From contig NC_057720.1 of assembly GCF_004010195.1 (NCBI RefSeq), forward strand, positions 18,800,538 to 18,864,537: a stretch of DNA of 64,000 nt, in the 5' to 3' direction. This stretch comes from Chiloscyllium plagiosum (Eukaryota). Each line of letters opens with the position of its first letter. The stretch's first letter is position 1. This document shows positions 38,723 through 52,670 of this stretch, piece after piece. The notes under the pieces are model-generated. The model saw nothing but the letters and a program-made list of their open reading frames with translations, ran no database searches and was not told where the DNA came from. A program made the position numbers and the translations under genes.

Positions 38723-40559
38723 AAAAATATTTAGCCTCATGATACCTTGTTTTATCCGGAACAACAGTCAGAATACTGCAATTCACATTGACCACAATGG
38801 TGAAGGAGATATTCTGTACAGGACATTGCCCATGTATAACTCCCAAAAGACAGGAGTACTTTTGGGTCTGATGGTTTGCCTGTTTGAATAGATCCTCACT
38901 GATCGGACACTTGGGCTGTCCAGTTTAAGTGAGAGAGTTACCTGTGAAAACCTGTCACAACACTAATTGCGATGGATTTGGCCTTGGCCTGACTTGTCTT
39001 ATTCACCAGGTTTCTGCTGCCAGTTCTCCAGTTTGTTAATTACTAAGGTCCCTTAACGAGATGAAGTTGGATAGGAAACATCAGACAACAATAACTCTGA
39101 GGCAGGATTGGAAATTGCTGGAAAAGCTGACCAGTTCTGGCAGTATCTGGAGAGAAATCAGAGTTAACGTTTTGGGCTGATTGACCCTTCCTCAGAATAG
39201 CATTTCTGTGCAGTTTTTATAAGATTGTCTGATCAGTTCAAGCTTGCTCTCTTTTTCTTCAGGGTCATTATCTGCTTCACCCAGGCTTTAGTAGCTAAAT
39301 GCAATATATTATACAAGGAGTCATTCACTGTGACTCTTGGGACTATTACACAGTTAGCATCTAATCTCTTCTGTTTAGTGCTGTAGTCTTCACAAAAAAA
39401 GCAACCTTTGTTCCAACATCATCTGGTTATATGGACTACTCAGAAAAGCCCCTGAGCAAGTGAAAGTCCTTTATGTTGACATCTTTCTGTTGATATAGTG
39501 AATTTGAAAAATTTTGCTTTGATGAATGTGATAAGATGTGAGACTCCTTGGTGCTCTCCTTTGAAGTACAATTCAAAATGGATACTGCAAGTGAATCTCT
39601 TGGGATTTAGGTAGACTTTGTGCAGTCAGCAATGCCTCTCTGATAGGAAATTGTAGGCAATTCACCTGTGGTTTTCTGATAGTTCTGAGCAGGATCTCAG
39701 TGTCAGTTCACTGCCACCATGCAGTCTTTTGTAGTTGGAAGTATAACTAATAGCAATCATATGCTTTATATTCCAATTTATGCCATTAGTTAAAATACTT
39801 ACAACTTCCATACACTGTAAATAATTGCATGTCATGACTACATTAAAGCTCCACTGGCACCATATTTATAAAGTTTAATTTCTTCCTGAAAGTGATGACC
39901 CCTGACATCTAGAATTTTGTGTTTTGCTTTTGTTGTGAATTCCCCCAAATTACTTTTTACCAGATGTTTTGATCAGACCTAATTTATCATTTTGTTTCCT
40001 CTCACATGGTACCCATTGCATGGACTTGCTAAAGGACTGACTCTTTATGCATGGCCCAAGATATAAGGGAAGAAGTAGGGCATTCAGCCCATCAAATCTG
40101 CTTTGCCATTCAGTAGGAGACACCAAAATCCCAGAGGGCCATAATCTTTCTCTGTCATTAGTGAGGGACAACTGGTGATGAATTTAGCCTGGGACTCTCC
40201 ACACTTCAGGTGAGGGGCAAAGTCAAGAAGGTAGGAGCCTCATAGTGACCACATCACTAAGAAGCTAACCAGCCTACTGAGCTAACCAGCCCCCAATCAA
40301 TATGACCAGGATTGATCTGGTTTGTGGTTTCATCTCCATTTACCCCTCCACCCAAAGCCTTCATTTCCTCTTCATCAGTCTAAGATAGAGATGAGTTGGA
40401 ATCTCTTCTCTCAGAGAGTAGTGAAACTTTGGAATTTTTTACCTCAAAGGGCTTCATAGGCTGGGTCATTAAGTTTATCGAGGTGAGTTAGGCAGATTTT
40501 TAATCAACAAAAGAATCAAGGCTTTTGGGGAAAAGGCAGGAAAGTGGATTTAGGAACAG

Positions 40560-41160
40560 CTGAATTGGCTTTCATTAGGTTAGGGATTGAGTTTAAGAGC
40601 TCAATTGCAATTCTATAAAGCCCTGGTTAGACCGCATTTGGAATGTTGTGTTCAGTTCTGGTCGCCTTATTATAGGAAGGATATGGGAGCTTTAGAGAGG
40701 ATGCAGAGGAGATTTACCAGGATGCAGCCTGGACTGAAGGGCTTGTCTTATGAAGAAAGATTGAGGGAGCTAGTGTTTTTTCTCATTGTAGTGAAGAAGG
40801 ATGAGAGGTGACTTGACAGAGGTGTACAAGATGATGAAAGTCATAGATAGAGTGGATGGCCAGAGACTTTTTCCCAGGGTGGAAACGGCTATCACGAGGG
40901 GGCATAATTTTAAGGTGATTGAAGGAAGGTTTAGGGGAGATGTCAGAGTTAGGTTCTTTATGGACAGTTTGGTGGGTGTGTGGAATGCACTGCCAGCAGA
41001 TGCATTGGGAAATTTAAGAGACTCTTGGATAGGCATATGGATGAAAGGAAAATGTAGGGAATGTAGGTTAGTTTGATCTTAGAGTAGGATAAAAGGTTGG
41101 CACAACATCTAGGGTTGAAGGGTCTGTACTGTGCTGTACTGTTCTATATTCTATGTTCTA
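40560..41160 (+). mobile_element. CR1 LINE 3' fragment
   Basis: YKALVRPHLECCVQFWSP; TGTTCTA tail. Confidence 0.85.
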
Positions 41161-41884
41161 TCAGATCAGCTGTGATCTCACTGAACAGCAGAGCAGTTTC
41201 CATTGGCCAAATGGTCTACTTCTGCTGCTACATGTTATGGTCTTCTCCATCGAAATCTATCCAAATTAGACATAAATAAATTCAATGACCACTGTTTATT
41301 TGGGAAGAGAATTACAGACTAATGACTATTTGAGAGAAAAAAGAATTCTTCTCATCTTTGTCTCAAGAACAAGTAGTTTATTCCTAAATGTGCCTCCCAG
41401 TTCTAATCTCTCCTACAAGGAGAAATATCCTTTCAGAACCCATCTTGACAAGTCTACTCAAGACATTTATGTTTCAATAACTTAACTTCTCATTCTACTG
41501 AACTTCCAATGGATATAGACCCAACCTGTTCAACTTTACTTCATAAGATGTCCACTTCATCCCAGGAATGAGTTAAGTGAACTTTCTCTGAACTGCTTCT
41601 AACACAGTTATATTCTGTTTAAATAAAGAGACCCAGAATTGTATGCAGTAAGATTATTGGTCATCCGATACAGTATGTACTTATTTGTCCCCATCCCCAC
41701 AATAAACCTGGACTCTGAGAAAGAATCAGAAGTGGTGTCAGCATTTTAGAAATTTCCATTTTAAATGTTAAGAATCATTCAAGGATAGGCTTCTTAAGTC
41801 AAATCCTCTACTCAGTTGGCAAAATAATGCCTGGATAACTGCTTAGTATTTTCAATGAAGTGATTGTAATCTACTTTAGAAATG

Positions 41885-42598
41885 GTTCTCAATGCCAGCA
41901 AAACCAAGGAACTCATTATTGACTTTCGGCAGGATGTTACTCATGCCCCCCTACACATTAACAGCACAGAAGTGGAACGAGTGGAAAGTGGTCGTCAAGC
42001 TCCTGGGAGTGGTCATCCACAACAAGCTTTCTTGGACTCTTCATGTGGACGCACTGTTTACAAAGGCCCAAGAACATCTCTTCTTCCTCAGGCAGCTGAG
42101 GAAATTTGGCATAACAGTGCCAACTTTTATTGGTGCACCATCGAGCGCATTCTGTCTGGATGTATCACTACCTGGTATGGCAACTGCACCACTCAAGATC
42201 TGAGACAGTTACAGAGAGTGGTGAACTCAGCCCGGATGATCACAAAGGCCAACCTCCCATCTACAGAATCCATCTACTAGGCCCGCTGTCAAGGAAAGGC
42301 CGCCAGCATTCTCAAAGATCCATCCCACCCTGGCAATGTTTTTCTACAACCTCTACCATTGGGGAGAAGGTACAGAAGCCTGAACACAAGCACCAGCCGG
42401 TTTCGAAACAGTTTCTACCCTACTGTTGTTAAAATAGTGAATGGACTCACAAACTCTTAACATATACTGGTGTTTTTGATTTTGCTGCTGCTTACCTATC
42501 ATTTACTTATCTATGCTACTTAACTCTGTGATCTGGCTGTATTGCTCGCATTTTCACTGTGCCTCGGTACATATGACAATAAATTCAATTCAATTCAA
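41885..42598 (+). mobile_element. Rex1/Babar-like LINE 3' end
   Basis: NASKTKELIIDFR; CTIERILSGCITTWYG; AATAAA then (ATTCA)n tail. Confidence 0.8.
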
Positions 42599-44167
42599 TG
42601 AATCTAACATTAAGATATATAATGGCACAAAATGAGAAATACTAAGTTTAGTTTGAGTTTCTAAAGAAGAGTCTTTGGACATAAAACGTTAACTCTGTTT
42701 CTCTCTTAATAGTTGTTGTCAAGGTCAGAAATCACACAACGTGAAGCAGGTTACAGTCCAAAAGCTCCAAAAGCTTGTGATTTCAATTAAACCTGTTGTG
42801 CATGATAACTTGATGTCGTGTGACTTCTGATCATTTCCATCCCAGTCCAACACTGGCACTTCCACATCACGGTTACCATCTACTTCACAGATGCTGTTAG
42901 TCCTGCTCAGTTTCTCTGACTTTCTTTGTTTTTGATACAAACTTTATTAGTTTCCAAAAGGCCTCTCTTGGCCTCACACTGGAAACACTGGGCTGAGAGT
43001 AGGAATTCTAAAGACAAAGCTCTTTCCAGTATTTCTGGAGATTATTCCACTGAAGTTACGAGAAAATGTCAACTTCTTGGTGTTTAGATAATTACAAATG
43101 TATGGGTGATAACGAAGCTGTACTAGTTCATGAGCTTCTAAGTTAGAATTAAAGACCCCAATGTTCATGTTGTTGTGGTGGCTTCATAGAGTTTAGAGAT
43201 GTACACATAGAAATAGACCTTTCAGTTATGACCACCCACATCTTATACTCAATGCACTGATCAATAAAGGCAAGCATACCAAATGCCTTCTTACCACTCT
43301 GTCTACCTGAGATTCCACTTTCAAGGAACTAAGAACCTGCACCCCAAAGTCTCTTTAATAATTTTAGTCTGAAAGAAAGTGGAGGTCAAATATAAGACAC
43401 ATTGAAAATTTTTATTTTAATAAGACATTTCTTGGAAAACATATGGTTCCAGATAATTAATGATGGCTGATTCCTTGAATTCACCTCTGGCAAAATAGCT
43501 CAGTGTTTTTATGATTGGGTGTTCTGCTTGAATGTTGTTTTGCACAATTAGAGATTTTCTGGTTAGTTGGGGGAAGCCTGCTAAGGAGCAGGCTGCTCAG
43601 CTCATGCCTTTGTTGTGAAAAGTGTATGAAACCTGATTGTTCCCTTGAAGAGCAATTGGAACACTTCTCAATACATCTGCCAGGATCTCAGAGATAGCTG
43701 TCCATATGCCAAAGCACCAGACCAATGACTGTATGAGAATATCAAACTTTATGCATTTTTTTCCTTCAATGACTGACTAAGACTTACTGGCTAAAAGATT
43801 TTTTTCCTCTAAAGCATATCTCTAACAAGAGAAATCCATTTTTTACCCTTTACCTGAAGGGTGTGCCTTTGCTTTTGGGTTATATTGTGATTGTAAGCAT
43901 TCATACTTGCATTTTACAACCTACATTTTGTAACCAATTCTGTATCTTTATGGAATAAGTTTTTGTTTCATAATAAATCAATAATTTTATGTATTGTAAG
44001 GAAACCTGATGCATGGGTCTTTTATAATTCTAAGTCTAGGGCCATATCAGGAACTAGGTAAAGCAATTAAATTGATGTTATAACCCATGGGGTAGCAGGA
44101 CTAGAGCAAGACAGTGCACTGCTATAGTTTGGTCACAACAACATATCAATTATGCTTCTTTCTTCAG

Positions 44168-44256
44168 GAAAGGAGGCCAGTAAGAGGGAACGAAAGGTCG
44201 GATTAGAAACATGCGAGTTCTTCATAAACAAAGAAGGATACTCCAAGAATACTCAG
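44168..44256 (+). CDS. scinla: Coding exon 7 (GKEASKRERKVGLETCEFFINKEGYSKNTQ)
   Basis: cttcag acceptor, CAG|gtaacc donor, 89 nt. Confidence 0.93.
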
Positions 44257-45439
44257 GTAACCAACAGCTTCCTAACACTTACTGTCTCGATTCACAACAG
44301 TGATTTGGATGGTGAAACTAGGAGCAACTCAAACTATTAACACAGACATCATGTTGTTGTCTTGCAGAGTCACATTTAAACGTAAGTTGAATAAACCTTG
44401 ATAAGATTACAAGACAGTTAACTCCCCATAATGATTACTTTAATTTTTAGTAAACTACATGTAATCCATTTACAGCAGTGCAACAAATTATAGGGTGACG
44501 TCATCAGAGCTTTTGCTTATTCAGTTATTCCTCAGAAAAGTGCTGCAAACTTCATGGGACAATTAAATTTGTCATTTTCCTGTAATTTCCACTGATGACA
44601 CAGCAGCTGATATAGACAACACATAAGAAAGTTCAACAACAACTATGTATGATGCTCTTAAGAAGTATAAAACATCTCTCGCATTTCATAGGGACATTAA
44701 ATAGCAAATGTGACACCAAATGCGAAGACAGATGGTCAAATGCATGGCCAATGAGTTGGGTTTTAAGAAGTGCCTTCAGGAGTGAAACAAGGTCAAGCAA
44801 TAGAGAGGGAGTTCCACAGTTTCAGGCCAGAGCAGCTGAGTACACACTAACAATGTGTCAGTGATTAAGTCAGGGGCTTAGTTGAGCAGGGTTGTGGGGC
44901 TGGAGAGGTTTACAGAAATAAGAAGGGGAAAGATTCTGGAGAGTTTTGCATTCCCCTCAAAAGTCCTGAGATGATTCAGAATTGCAGAGAACAGGAGGCC
45001 TAGACTTGCCCTGTATCTTCAAATTTAAAGTTTCAAGTTAAGAGGGGTTTGACCCCCATTTGACACATCCATGTCGATGATCATTGTTTAGCTCCAAAAT
45101 AAGATAATTATGTCATTGAGTATCATCTTGCAGTCTCAATTTGAGTTTGTTCAAACTATTGAGAAAGTGGTAGATGAGTTCATGTTTCTATAGAGTTTTC
45201 CATTTCCTCCTTTTCTCCAACTCAGAAATGAAAATACTTCCTCTGTTCTGTGATTGCAACACAGTTAGTGGTGTAGACTTCCTAAAAGCTATGATTATTG
45301 GATTTCTGTGATGGGATGTAATGGGGTGTGCACTTATGTGAGATAAGCTTAATTAGGGCAGAATGTTTGACATTAGATGGCTATAAAAATCTTTGACAGC
45401 TTCCTCCATTATTCTGGATTCAGACTTTAATGTTTTATG

Positions 45440-45565
45440 AGAGAAAGTGAGGGCTGCAGATGCTGGAGACCAGAGCTGAAAATGTGTTGCTGGAAAAGCG
45501 CAGCAGGTCAGGCAGCATCCAAGGAACAGGAGAATCGACATTTCGGGCATAAGCCCTTCTTCAGG
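45440..45565 (-). mobile_element. Family A mini-element with hammerhead core (45537-45564), 11-bp TSD
   Basis: TSD AATGTTTTATG at 45429-45439 and 45566-45576; CTGAAGA A GGGC TTAT GCCC GAAA TGTC. Confidence 0.8.
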
Positions 45566-46149
45566 AATGTTTTATGTTTTATGTATTGTAAGGAAACCTG
45601 ATGCATGGGTCTTTTATAATTCTAAGCAGATTTAACAAACAAAGGGTTAAAATTTGGGCCACACTGGGCACATTTACTAGATCCTGTGCTGTTTGCTGCT
45701 AACATATTGGGTAAGAGGTCACCTTTACCCCAACACAAAGCAGGCCCTGGATTATTTACTTTTGCAAAGAAAGAATCTGTTTTGATGTTGCAGGCTTTCC
45801 CTGAGACATCTAGTGACCCCACAGATGCCCTATTCTTCACTCATCTAGGCTGACTGACTCCATCATAAATGGAGTACAGAAATATGAAGTGAATTTGTGG
45901 CTGGAAAGGTGGTGCAGGAAGGAGATCTTTAGAGTCCTACAATACTGGGGCTGCCTCTGGGGAAGATGGCAATTGTAGAAACCAGACCTGAGCAGACCTA
46001 GGGCTGAGTTCCTTGCAGAAAGTGTTGCTATTGCTATTGAGGACAGTTTAAAACTAAATCAGCAGAAGTACAGGAACAAGGAGAAATATCAGAGAATAAT
46101 ACCAGAGTGCAACAAATGCTGGGAGAAGCAGATAGCACCAGAATGTAGA

Positions 46150-47540
46150 ATTATAAGCTAATCAGTGGAGTCAAACTAAGGGAGAAAATAATGAAATATA
46201 TAATGGGATTGCACTGAATGTATGTGAATGTACAGTGTATAGTTAATAAGATTGGAAAGCAACAAGTACAGATTGCCCTGTGGGATTATGATGATATTGT
46301 GATAATGTAGACTTGGTTTAAGGATTGGCAAAACTGAGTGTTCAGTGTTAATGGGTGCAAGTTGATCAGAAAGATAGAGAAGCAACAAATGGAGGAGTGG
46401 TGGCGTTTTTGGTTAATGAGAGCAGCACAGTGCTGGAGAAAGAGACTGTTCCAGTGATTTCAGGGACAGAATCGATTTGGCTAAAGCTAAGGAACAAATT
46501 ACATTCCTTTGTTTAATTGAATTATTATCAACTCGTGGGAAGAATAACGAGGATCAGATCTGCAAAGAAATTACAGGGAGGTGCAGTAATCAAAGAATAG
46601 TTAAAAGAGAGACTTTTAATTACTTGAATATAGATAGGGACAGGGATAGTATTAAGGGCAGAATGATATAAACGTTTTCAGATTGTGTTCAGGAGAATTT
46701 CTTAGAGCAATTGTGTGGCTGGTTCAACAAGAAAGAACACTTCTAGACCTGGTTCTTTGGAATGGACTGGTCAGGTGACAGCAGGAGAGCCTTTAAGGGA
46801 CAGTGATTATTGTATCATAAGGTTTAGGATGATGGGAAAGAACAAATGAAAATCCAGAGTAAGAATAATTACCTGGGGGAGAGCCAACTTCAAAAGTCAA
46901 GGACATAACTGAGGTGAAGAAACTTGAACCAAAAGTTAATGGGGAAACAGTAGCTGAGCACTGCGCTACCTTCAAAGAAAGGATGCTTGGGTACTCATGG
47001 TATATTCCCTCGAATGGGAAAGTTAGGATAAACAAATCCAGAGCACCTTGGATGATAAAGAAAATTTAAAAATTTCAGTTAAAGAAGAAACAGCATGCTA
47101 ATGGTAGATGTGAGGTAATAAATACAATTGAGAAGCAAACTACATCGACAAGGCTCAGACAGCCGGTGGAAAAGCAAATAAAAGAAAAAAGGGGTTAAAA
47201 TATGGGAAGTTACGATGAACTTACATCACCTACTTGTTAGACTGTAGCTGGACTATTGTGTACAATTCTGCGCACCACGTGTGAGGGAGACTGTGACTGC
47301 CTCGGAGAGAGTGCAGGAGAGGTTCATGAGAATAGTTCCAGGGATGAGACCCTGCAGATAGATCGGAGAGGTGGCTGGAAAGGAGAAGGCTAAGATGACC
47401 TCTGATCAAAGATTTTTTAAATCATGAGTGATCTGGACAGTGTAGTTAGGAAGAAATTGTTCCCACTTTTAAAAGGACCAAGAATCAGAGGGTAGGCACA
47501 AACACAATGGACTGATTGGCCTCCTTATGCTTCTTAACAA
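46150..47540 (+). mobile_element. Highly degenerate CR1 remnant
   Basis: Endonuclease-region and 3' motifs, many indels. Confidence 0.5.
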
Positions 47541-47846
47541 TTCTGTGATTTTGGAATCTGGCCTGAGACCCAATATCTGGTGGCTTCAGACCTCACCACA
47601 GTATATATATCCAGCTCCTGTCTACCAAATGAAATGCCAATGACGGGATAAAAACACTCCTCTCCCCAGCGTGGCAGAGTCCAAATGATGTCATGTACAT
47701 ACAATTTGCAAGTCATGGGGAGAATAATGTACAACTGCAACAGTGGTAACACGTGCTAAAAGCTTTTTCTCATTTATCAGCTCAGTGTGCTGATGGATGA
47801 ATGTATGGGTGAAAGATAGAAACCTGAGTCTTGCTTTCTTTTATAG

Positions 47847-48062
47847 ATAGAGTTACTGCCAGAAAACGGTGAGACACCACTGTTCACCCAGTTCTTTTCG
47901 GACTGGAAGGTTAAAGACCAAAGCGAAGGGCTTGGGAAAGTGTACACTATTGGCTCTCATGCAAAGATCAAATCCGTTCCCTTTGATGTCACGAAACTTC
48001 ACAGCTCACCTGCCATGGCTGCACAGTACAACATGGTGGACGACGGATCCGGCAAAGTCCAG
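47847..48062 (+). CDS. scinla: Coding exon 8 ([20 protein letters not shown]...[16 protein letters not shown])
   Basis: ttatag acceptor, CAG|gtaaca donor, 216 nt; G3-G4 linker. Confidence 0.95.
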
Positions 48063-48163
48063 GTAACAAGTCCACAGCAGCCACTGTAGATATTTTTATA
48101 AATGGAGCCAAGGGACCGGGGTTCAGTAACGTGTATAAAAATATATTCAATGTTTCTCTGCAG

Positions 48164-48297
48164 ATTTGGCGGATTGAAGAGTTCACGAAACAGCCTGTTG
48201 ACCCTTCGTCCTATGGTCAGTTCTATGGTGAAGACTGTTACATTATTCTGTACACTTACAAATCAGATGGAAGCACCAAGCACATCATTTACACTTG
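48164..48297 (+). CDS. scinla: Coding exon 9 ([32 protein letters not shown]...IIYT)
   Basis: ctgcag acceptor, TG|gtaagc donor, 134 nt; G4. Confidence 0.95.
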
Positions 48298-48409
48298 GTA
48301 AGCCTCTTCACCCACATATGAAATGCAATACCACTAGTCAAACTAAGAAAGTTGAAATGGGGGATTGAAAACAAAGCAAGGGTTTTTAACTTCCTTTTAC
48401 CTTTTTAAG

Positions 48410-48500
48410 GCAAGGCCTGAAAGCAACAAATGATGAGCTGGGAGCGTCAGCGTACCTCACATTTCAACTTGATAAAGAGATGCACGACCTGCCTGTTCAG
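48410..48500 (+). CDS. scinla: Coding exon 10 (WQGLKATNDELGASAYLTFQLDKEMHDLPVQ)
   Basis: tttaag acceptor, CAG|gtatgt donor, 91 nt. Confidence 0.93.
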
Positions 48501-48814
48501 GTATGTGTTAATTATCGCTAAAGGGACTTCTCCGCTGGTGGCCTGGGAGATAGAGTTGCAAACAGCAGGACAATGGTAAGGACAGTTAATCCAGAGACCC
48601 TAGTAATGTCCTGGGGATCAATTTCGAATTCCACCATGACAGATAGTGAAATTTGTATTTAAAAAACATCTGGAATTAAGAGTCCAATGATAAACATGAA
48701 TCAATTTTCGATTGTTGGTAAAACCCAGCTGATTCACTAGTGTCCTTTAGGGAAGGAAGCTGCTGTTCTCATCTTGTCTGGTTTACATGCGACTCCAGAC
48801 GCACTGCAATCTCT

Positions 48815-49443
48815 TTAATGCTTGCCTTTATTGGTCAGTGCATTCAGTATAAGAGTTGGGAGGTTATGTTGCGGCTGTGCAGGACATGATTTAGGCCACT
48901 GTTGGAATACTGCGACCAATTCTGGTCTCCCTTGTATAGGAAGGAAGTTGTGAAACTTGAAAGGGTTCAGTAAAGATTTACCAGGGTTCGAGAGTTTGAT
49001 CTATAGAGATACTGAATAGACTGGGACTATTTTCCTGAGAGTGTCGGAGGCTGAGGGGTGACCTTACAGAGATTTATGAAATCATGACGGACATGGAGAG
49101 GGTAAATAGACAAGGTCTTTTCCCTAGGGTGGGGAGTCCAAAATTAGAGGGCATAAGTTTAAGATGAGAGTGGAAAGATATAAAAGGGACCTAAGGAGCA
49201 ACGTTTTCATGCAGAGGGTGGTGCATGTATGGAATGAGCTGCCAGAGGAAGTGGTGGAGGCTGGTACAGTTACAACATTTAAAAGGCATCTGGATGGGTA
49301 TATGAATAGGAAGGATTTAGAGAAATGTGGGCCAAGTGCTGGCAAATGGGACTAGATTAATTTAGGATATCTGGTCAGCGTGGACGAGTTGAACTTAAGG
49401 GTCTGTTTCCATGCTGTATATCTCTATGATTCTATGAGTCTAT
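48815..49443 (+). mobile_element. CR1 LINE 3' fragment inserted in an older SINE-like repeat (48530-48810 / 49445-49540)
   Basis: FMQRVVHVWNELP; CTATGA tail. Confidence 0.85.
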
Positions 49444-50087
49444 GCAATTTACTCTTAAAACTGCCGAGTGGGCAAGTAGAAATGGGCAATAATAAATAAG
49501 TAGCCAGTGACACCCTCATCCCATGAATGAAGGAAACAAATGAAGCAAACAATAAAACTTTGCAAATAACTGGGGCTGCCTTGACCAGCATCTGCAGTCT
49601 TCCTGCCTTGAACATGTACCTTCCAATGGAACCCCAGTTTGTACCATCACCAGTCATTTCCAACCGTTGCTTTTTTTTTTACCCCTTCTGCAAGTGAATT
49701 GCAAGATATGGGGATCACAGTGTCACTTGCAGGCACAGAGACTTGAGACTGCTTTATTGGGTCCACTTAATGCAGCATGGCCAATTCTCCAGCCGCTATC
49801 ACCAAAAGATAGAAGCAGATGCTTCAGAACTTACTGGCAGGCAACGAGCCTACTCCTGTCCCCGTTTTCTATGTTTCTTTGCTTCTGTGTTCCCGAGGGC
49901 CCTCTCCTGGGCCGTCTCTGGGTCAATGTCCTGGAATCCACCACCCCGCTTCACCATCGTCTGATATTATAATGTTCAGTCTTTTGTGGAAGGATCATTC
50001 CTTCTCAAATGTGCACTTGCTCCTCCCTTATGTTCCCATAACAGTATCGGACAGGAATATCCTCAGACCTGCTGCTGTACCACTGCA

Positions 50088-50575
50088 CATAGAGTCATAG
50101 AGATGTACAATATGGAAACACACCCTTCGGTCCAACTCATCCATGCTGACCAGATATCCTATATAAATCTAGTCCCATTTGCCAGCATTTGGCCCATATC
50201 CCTTCAAACCCTTCCTATTCATATACTCATCCAAATGCCTCTTAAATGTTGCAATTGTATCAACCTCCACCACTTCTCTGGCAGCTCATTCCATACATGC
50301 ACCACCCTCTGCATGAAAGGGTTGCCCCTTAGGTCCCTTTTAAATCTTCCCCCTTCACCCTAAACCTATGCCCTCTAGTTCTAGACTCTCCCACTCCAGG
50401 GAAAATACCCTTTCTATCCCCCGCATGATTTTATAAACCTCTATAAGGTCACCCCTCAGCCTCCGACGAACCAGGGAAAACAGCCCCAGCCTATTCAGTC
50501 TCTCCTTGTAGCACAAATCCTCCAACCCTGGCAACGTCCTTGTAAATCCTTTCTGAACCCTTTCAAGTTTCACAA
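50088..50575 (-). mobile_element. CR1 LINE 3' fragment
   Basis: LERVQKGFTR...LRGDLIEVYKIM. Confidence 0.85.
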
Positions 50576-50858
50576 GCATCTCATAAAGTTACAGTGGTGG
50601 AGCGGGATCAGCCACTGAGAACATTCCTAATCTAAGACTCATTGTTCAAATTGCCCCGCTAATTTTATTTCACCCAAAACTTTAGAACTTCTGACTTCCC
50701 CCTTGCCTTCAGCTGATTATCATTTAGCTTTTATAACCCAAGGCAGGCCTCATTACTTCCTCATCAGCCTCAACTTCTCTTCTTTTCTACCTTTCTGGTC
50801 ACTGTGGCTCTGAATGAAGTGTGCCTTTGTGGAAAGGAGTCTGTTGTTTGCTTTCTAG

Positions 50859-51029
50859 ATACGGGTGACACAAGGTCAGGAGCCTCCTCACCTGATGAGC
50901 CTGTTCAAGGATAAGCCAATCATCGTATACCTTGGAGGGACCTCCAGGAAGGGTGGTCAGAGTGCTCCTGCACCAATTCGACTTTTCCATATTAGGAAAA
51001 ACATAACAGGAGCAATGAGAGCCGTTGAG
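50859..51029 (+). CDS. scinla: Coding exon 11 ([20 protein letters not shown]...GGTSRKGGQ...RAVE)
   Basis: ttctag acceptor, GAG|gtaagt donor, 171 nt. Confidence 0.95.
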
Positions 51030-51850
51030 GTAAGTCAAACCATTTAACCTCCATAATTTGCCTAAACTCTGACTCGAACATTTACCCCAGCAATGGAAAA
51101 TGCTTGGTTAATGTTTCTTTTGGTTGATGAGAATATGAAAGGTTAGCCGTATCTCTTAATAGATGCTTTTGGTTTACACCAGCTCCGAGTAATTAAACAA
51201 ATGTAGAAATGGAAGGAAGGAGACTGAGGAAGCTGACTCTGTTTTTAATTGGAATAAAACCTCCCACTAGGAGGTTTATATAATTTGTTGCTGCTGAGTT
51301 CTTCAAGAAGGCTAGAATACAAGAACAGAGATGTATAAGCTGTGTTGGAATATTGTGAGCAATCTTGGGCTCTGTATCGAAAGAAGTAAGTAATGGCATT
51401 GAAATGGGTCCAGAGAAGGTTTGCAGGAATCCGCCCTGGATGAAAAGTTTGTCACAAGAGGAGCAGTTGAGGACTCTGAATTTGCACTGAGAGTTTAGAA
51501 GAATGGGGAGGGTCTGATTGAAGCTTAGAGAATGCTAAGAGGCCTCAGAAGGAGTGGCTGAGGAGTAGATGTTTCCACCAGGAGCAGAGACTAGGAGCAG
51601 ATGGCACAGCCTCAGAGTGAAGGGGCGATCCTTTAGAACTGAGAATTTCTTCAGTCAGGGTAGTTAATCTGTGGAACCCATTACCACAGAGGACTGTGGA
51701 GGCTAAATCATTGAGTTTATTTAAGACCGAGGTGGTTAGGGTCTGGATTGGTAAGAGGATCAAGGGCTATGGGAGAAGGCAAGGGAATGGAGTTGAGAAA
51801 CATTTCAGCCTTGGTCAAATGGCTGAGCAGACTCAATGGGCAGAGTGGTC

Positions 51851-51970
51851 TGAAGGGCTTATGCCTGAAATGTCGATTCTTCTGCTCCTCGGATGCTGCC
51901 TGACCTGCTGTGCTTTTCCAGCGCCACACTCTCAACGCTGAACTCCAGCATCTGCAGTCCTCACTTTCTC
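51851..51970 (+). mobile_element. Family A mini-element, degenerate hammerhead core
   Basis: GAAGGGCTTATGCCTGAAATGTCGATT...GGATGCTGCCTGACCTGCTGTGCTTTTCCAGC. Confidence 0.7.
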
Positions 51971-52670
51971 AGTTTTGTTCTAAGTCTTACGATCTGTATT
52001 AGTTCCACTCTCATTGATCAGTGCAGGGTCCGTGTACACATAATGAAACATTCAAATAGAAGCAGGTTCAACAATACAAAGTCAGGCATGTGTAGCTCAT
52101 GCTTACCACTTTAAAGAGAAAGATAAACTCTAAAAGCACAGAATGATAGGTGTATGATGTGATGGGCCAAAGGCCTGTTCCTGTGCTGTACTGTTCCATG
52201 TTCTATGATAGGCACACAGAGTCTGATGATATTCCCACCTTCCAGTGCATCATTGCCTGTGCAGCCTTTTTGAAAATACTACGCAGTTTTCCATTTAGTC
52301 CCATTTGCCCAGCCTTTCCCTGAAATCCCAGCCTCTCTGCTCTGCTGTAAAGGAGGCCAATAGCCATACTTGCTGCCTGGCGAGTGTCTATACTGGTGTC
52401 CACATTGCCATTCCCAGCAGCAGAGATGGGTCTGGATCAGGGCGGCTCAGGAAGGACAGTGAGACATCAGGCATGTTCCTGACTGTGGTGGGAAAGCCAT
52501 TCAGGCCTTCCCTACAGTACAACAGCCACATCTCACTTTGAAATGCTGCAGTGAGATTGCTAGTGGTGCAGGGCTGTATTCAGGTGACCCCCTTGTTGGG
52601 CCTGGGATCACAGTGAGGACAAAATGGAGTGGAGTAACTCTTCCCACCCGCTGCTATGTGTCAGGCTTCA

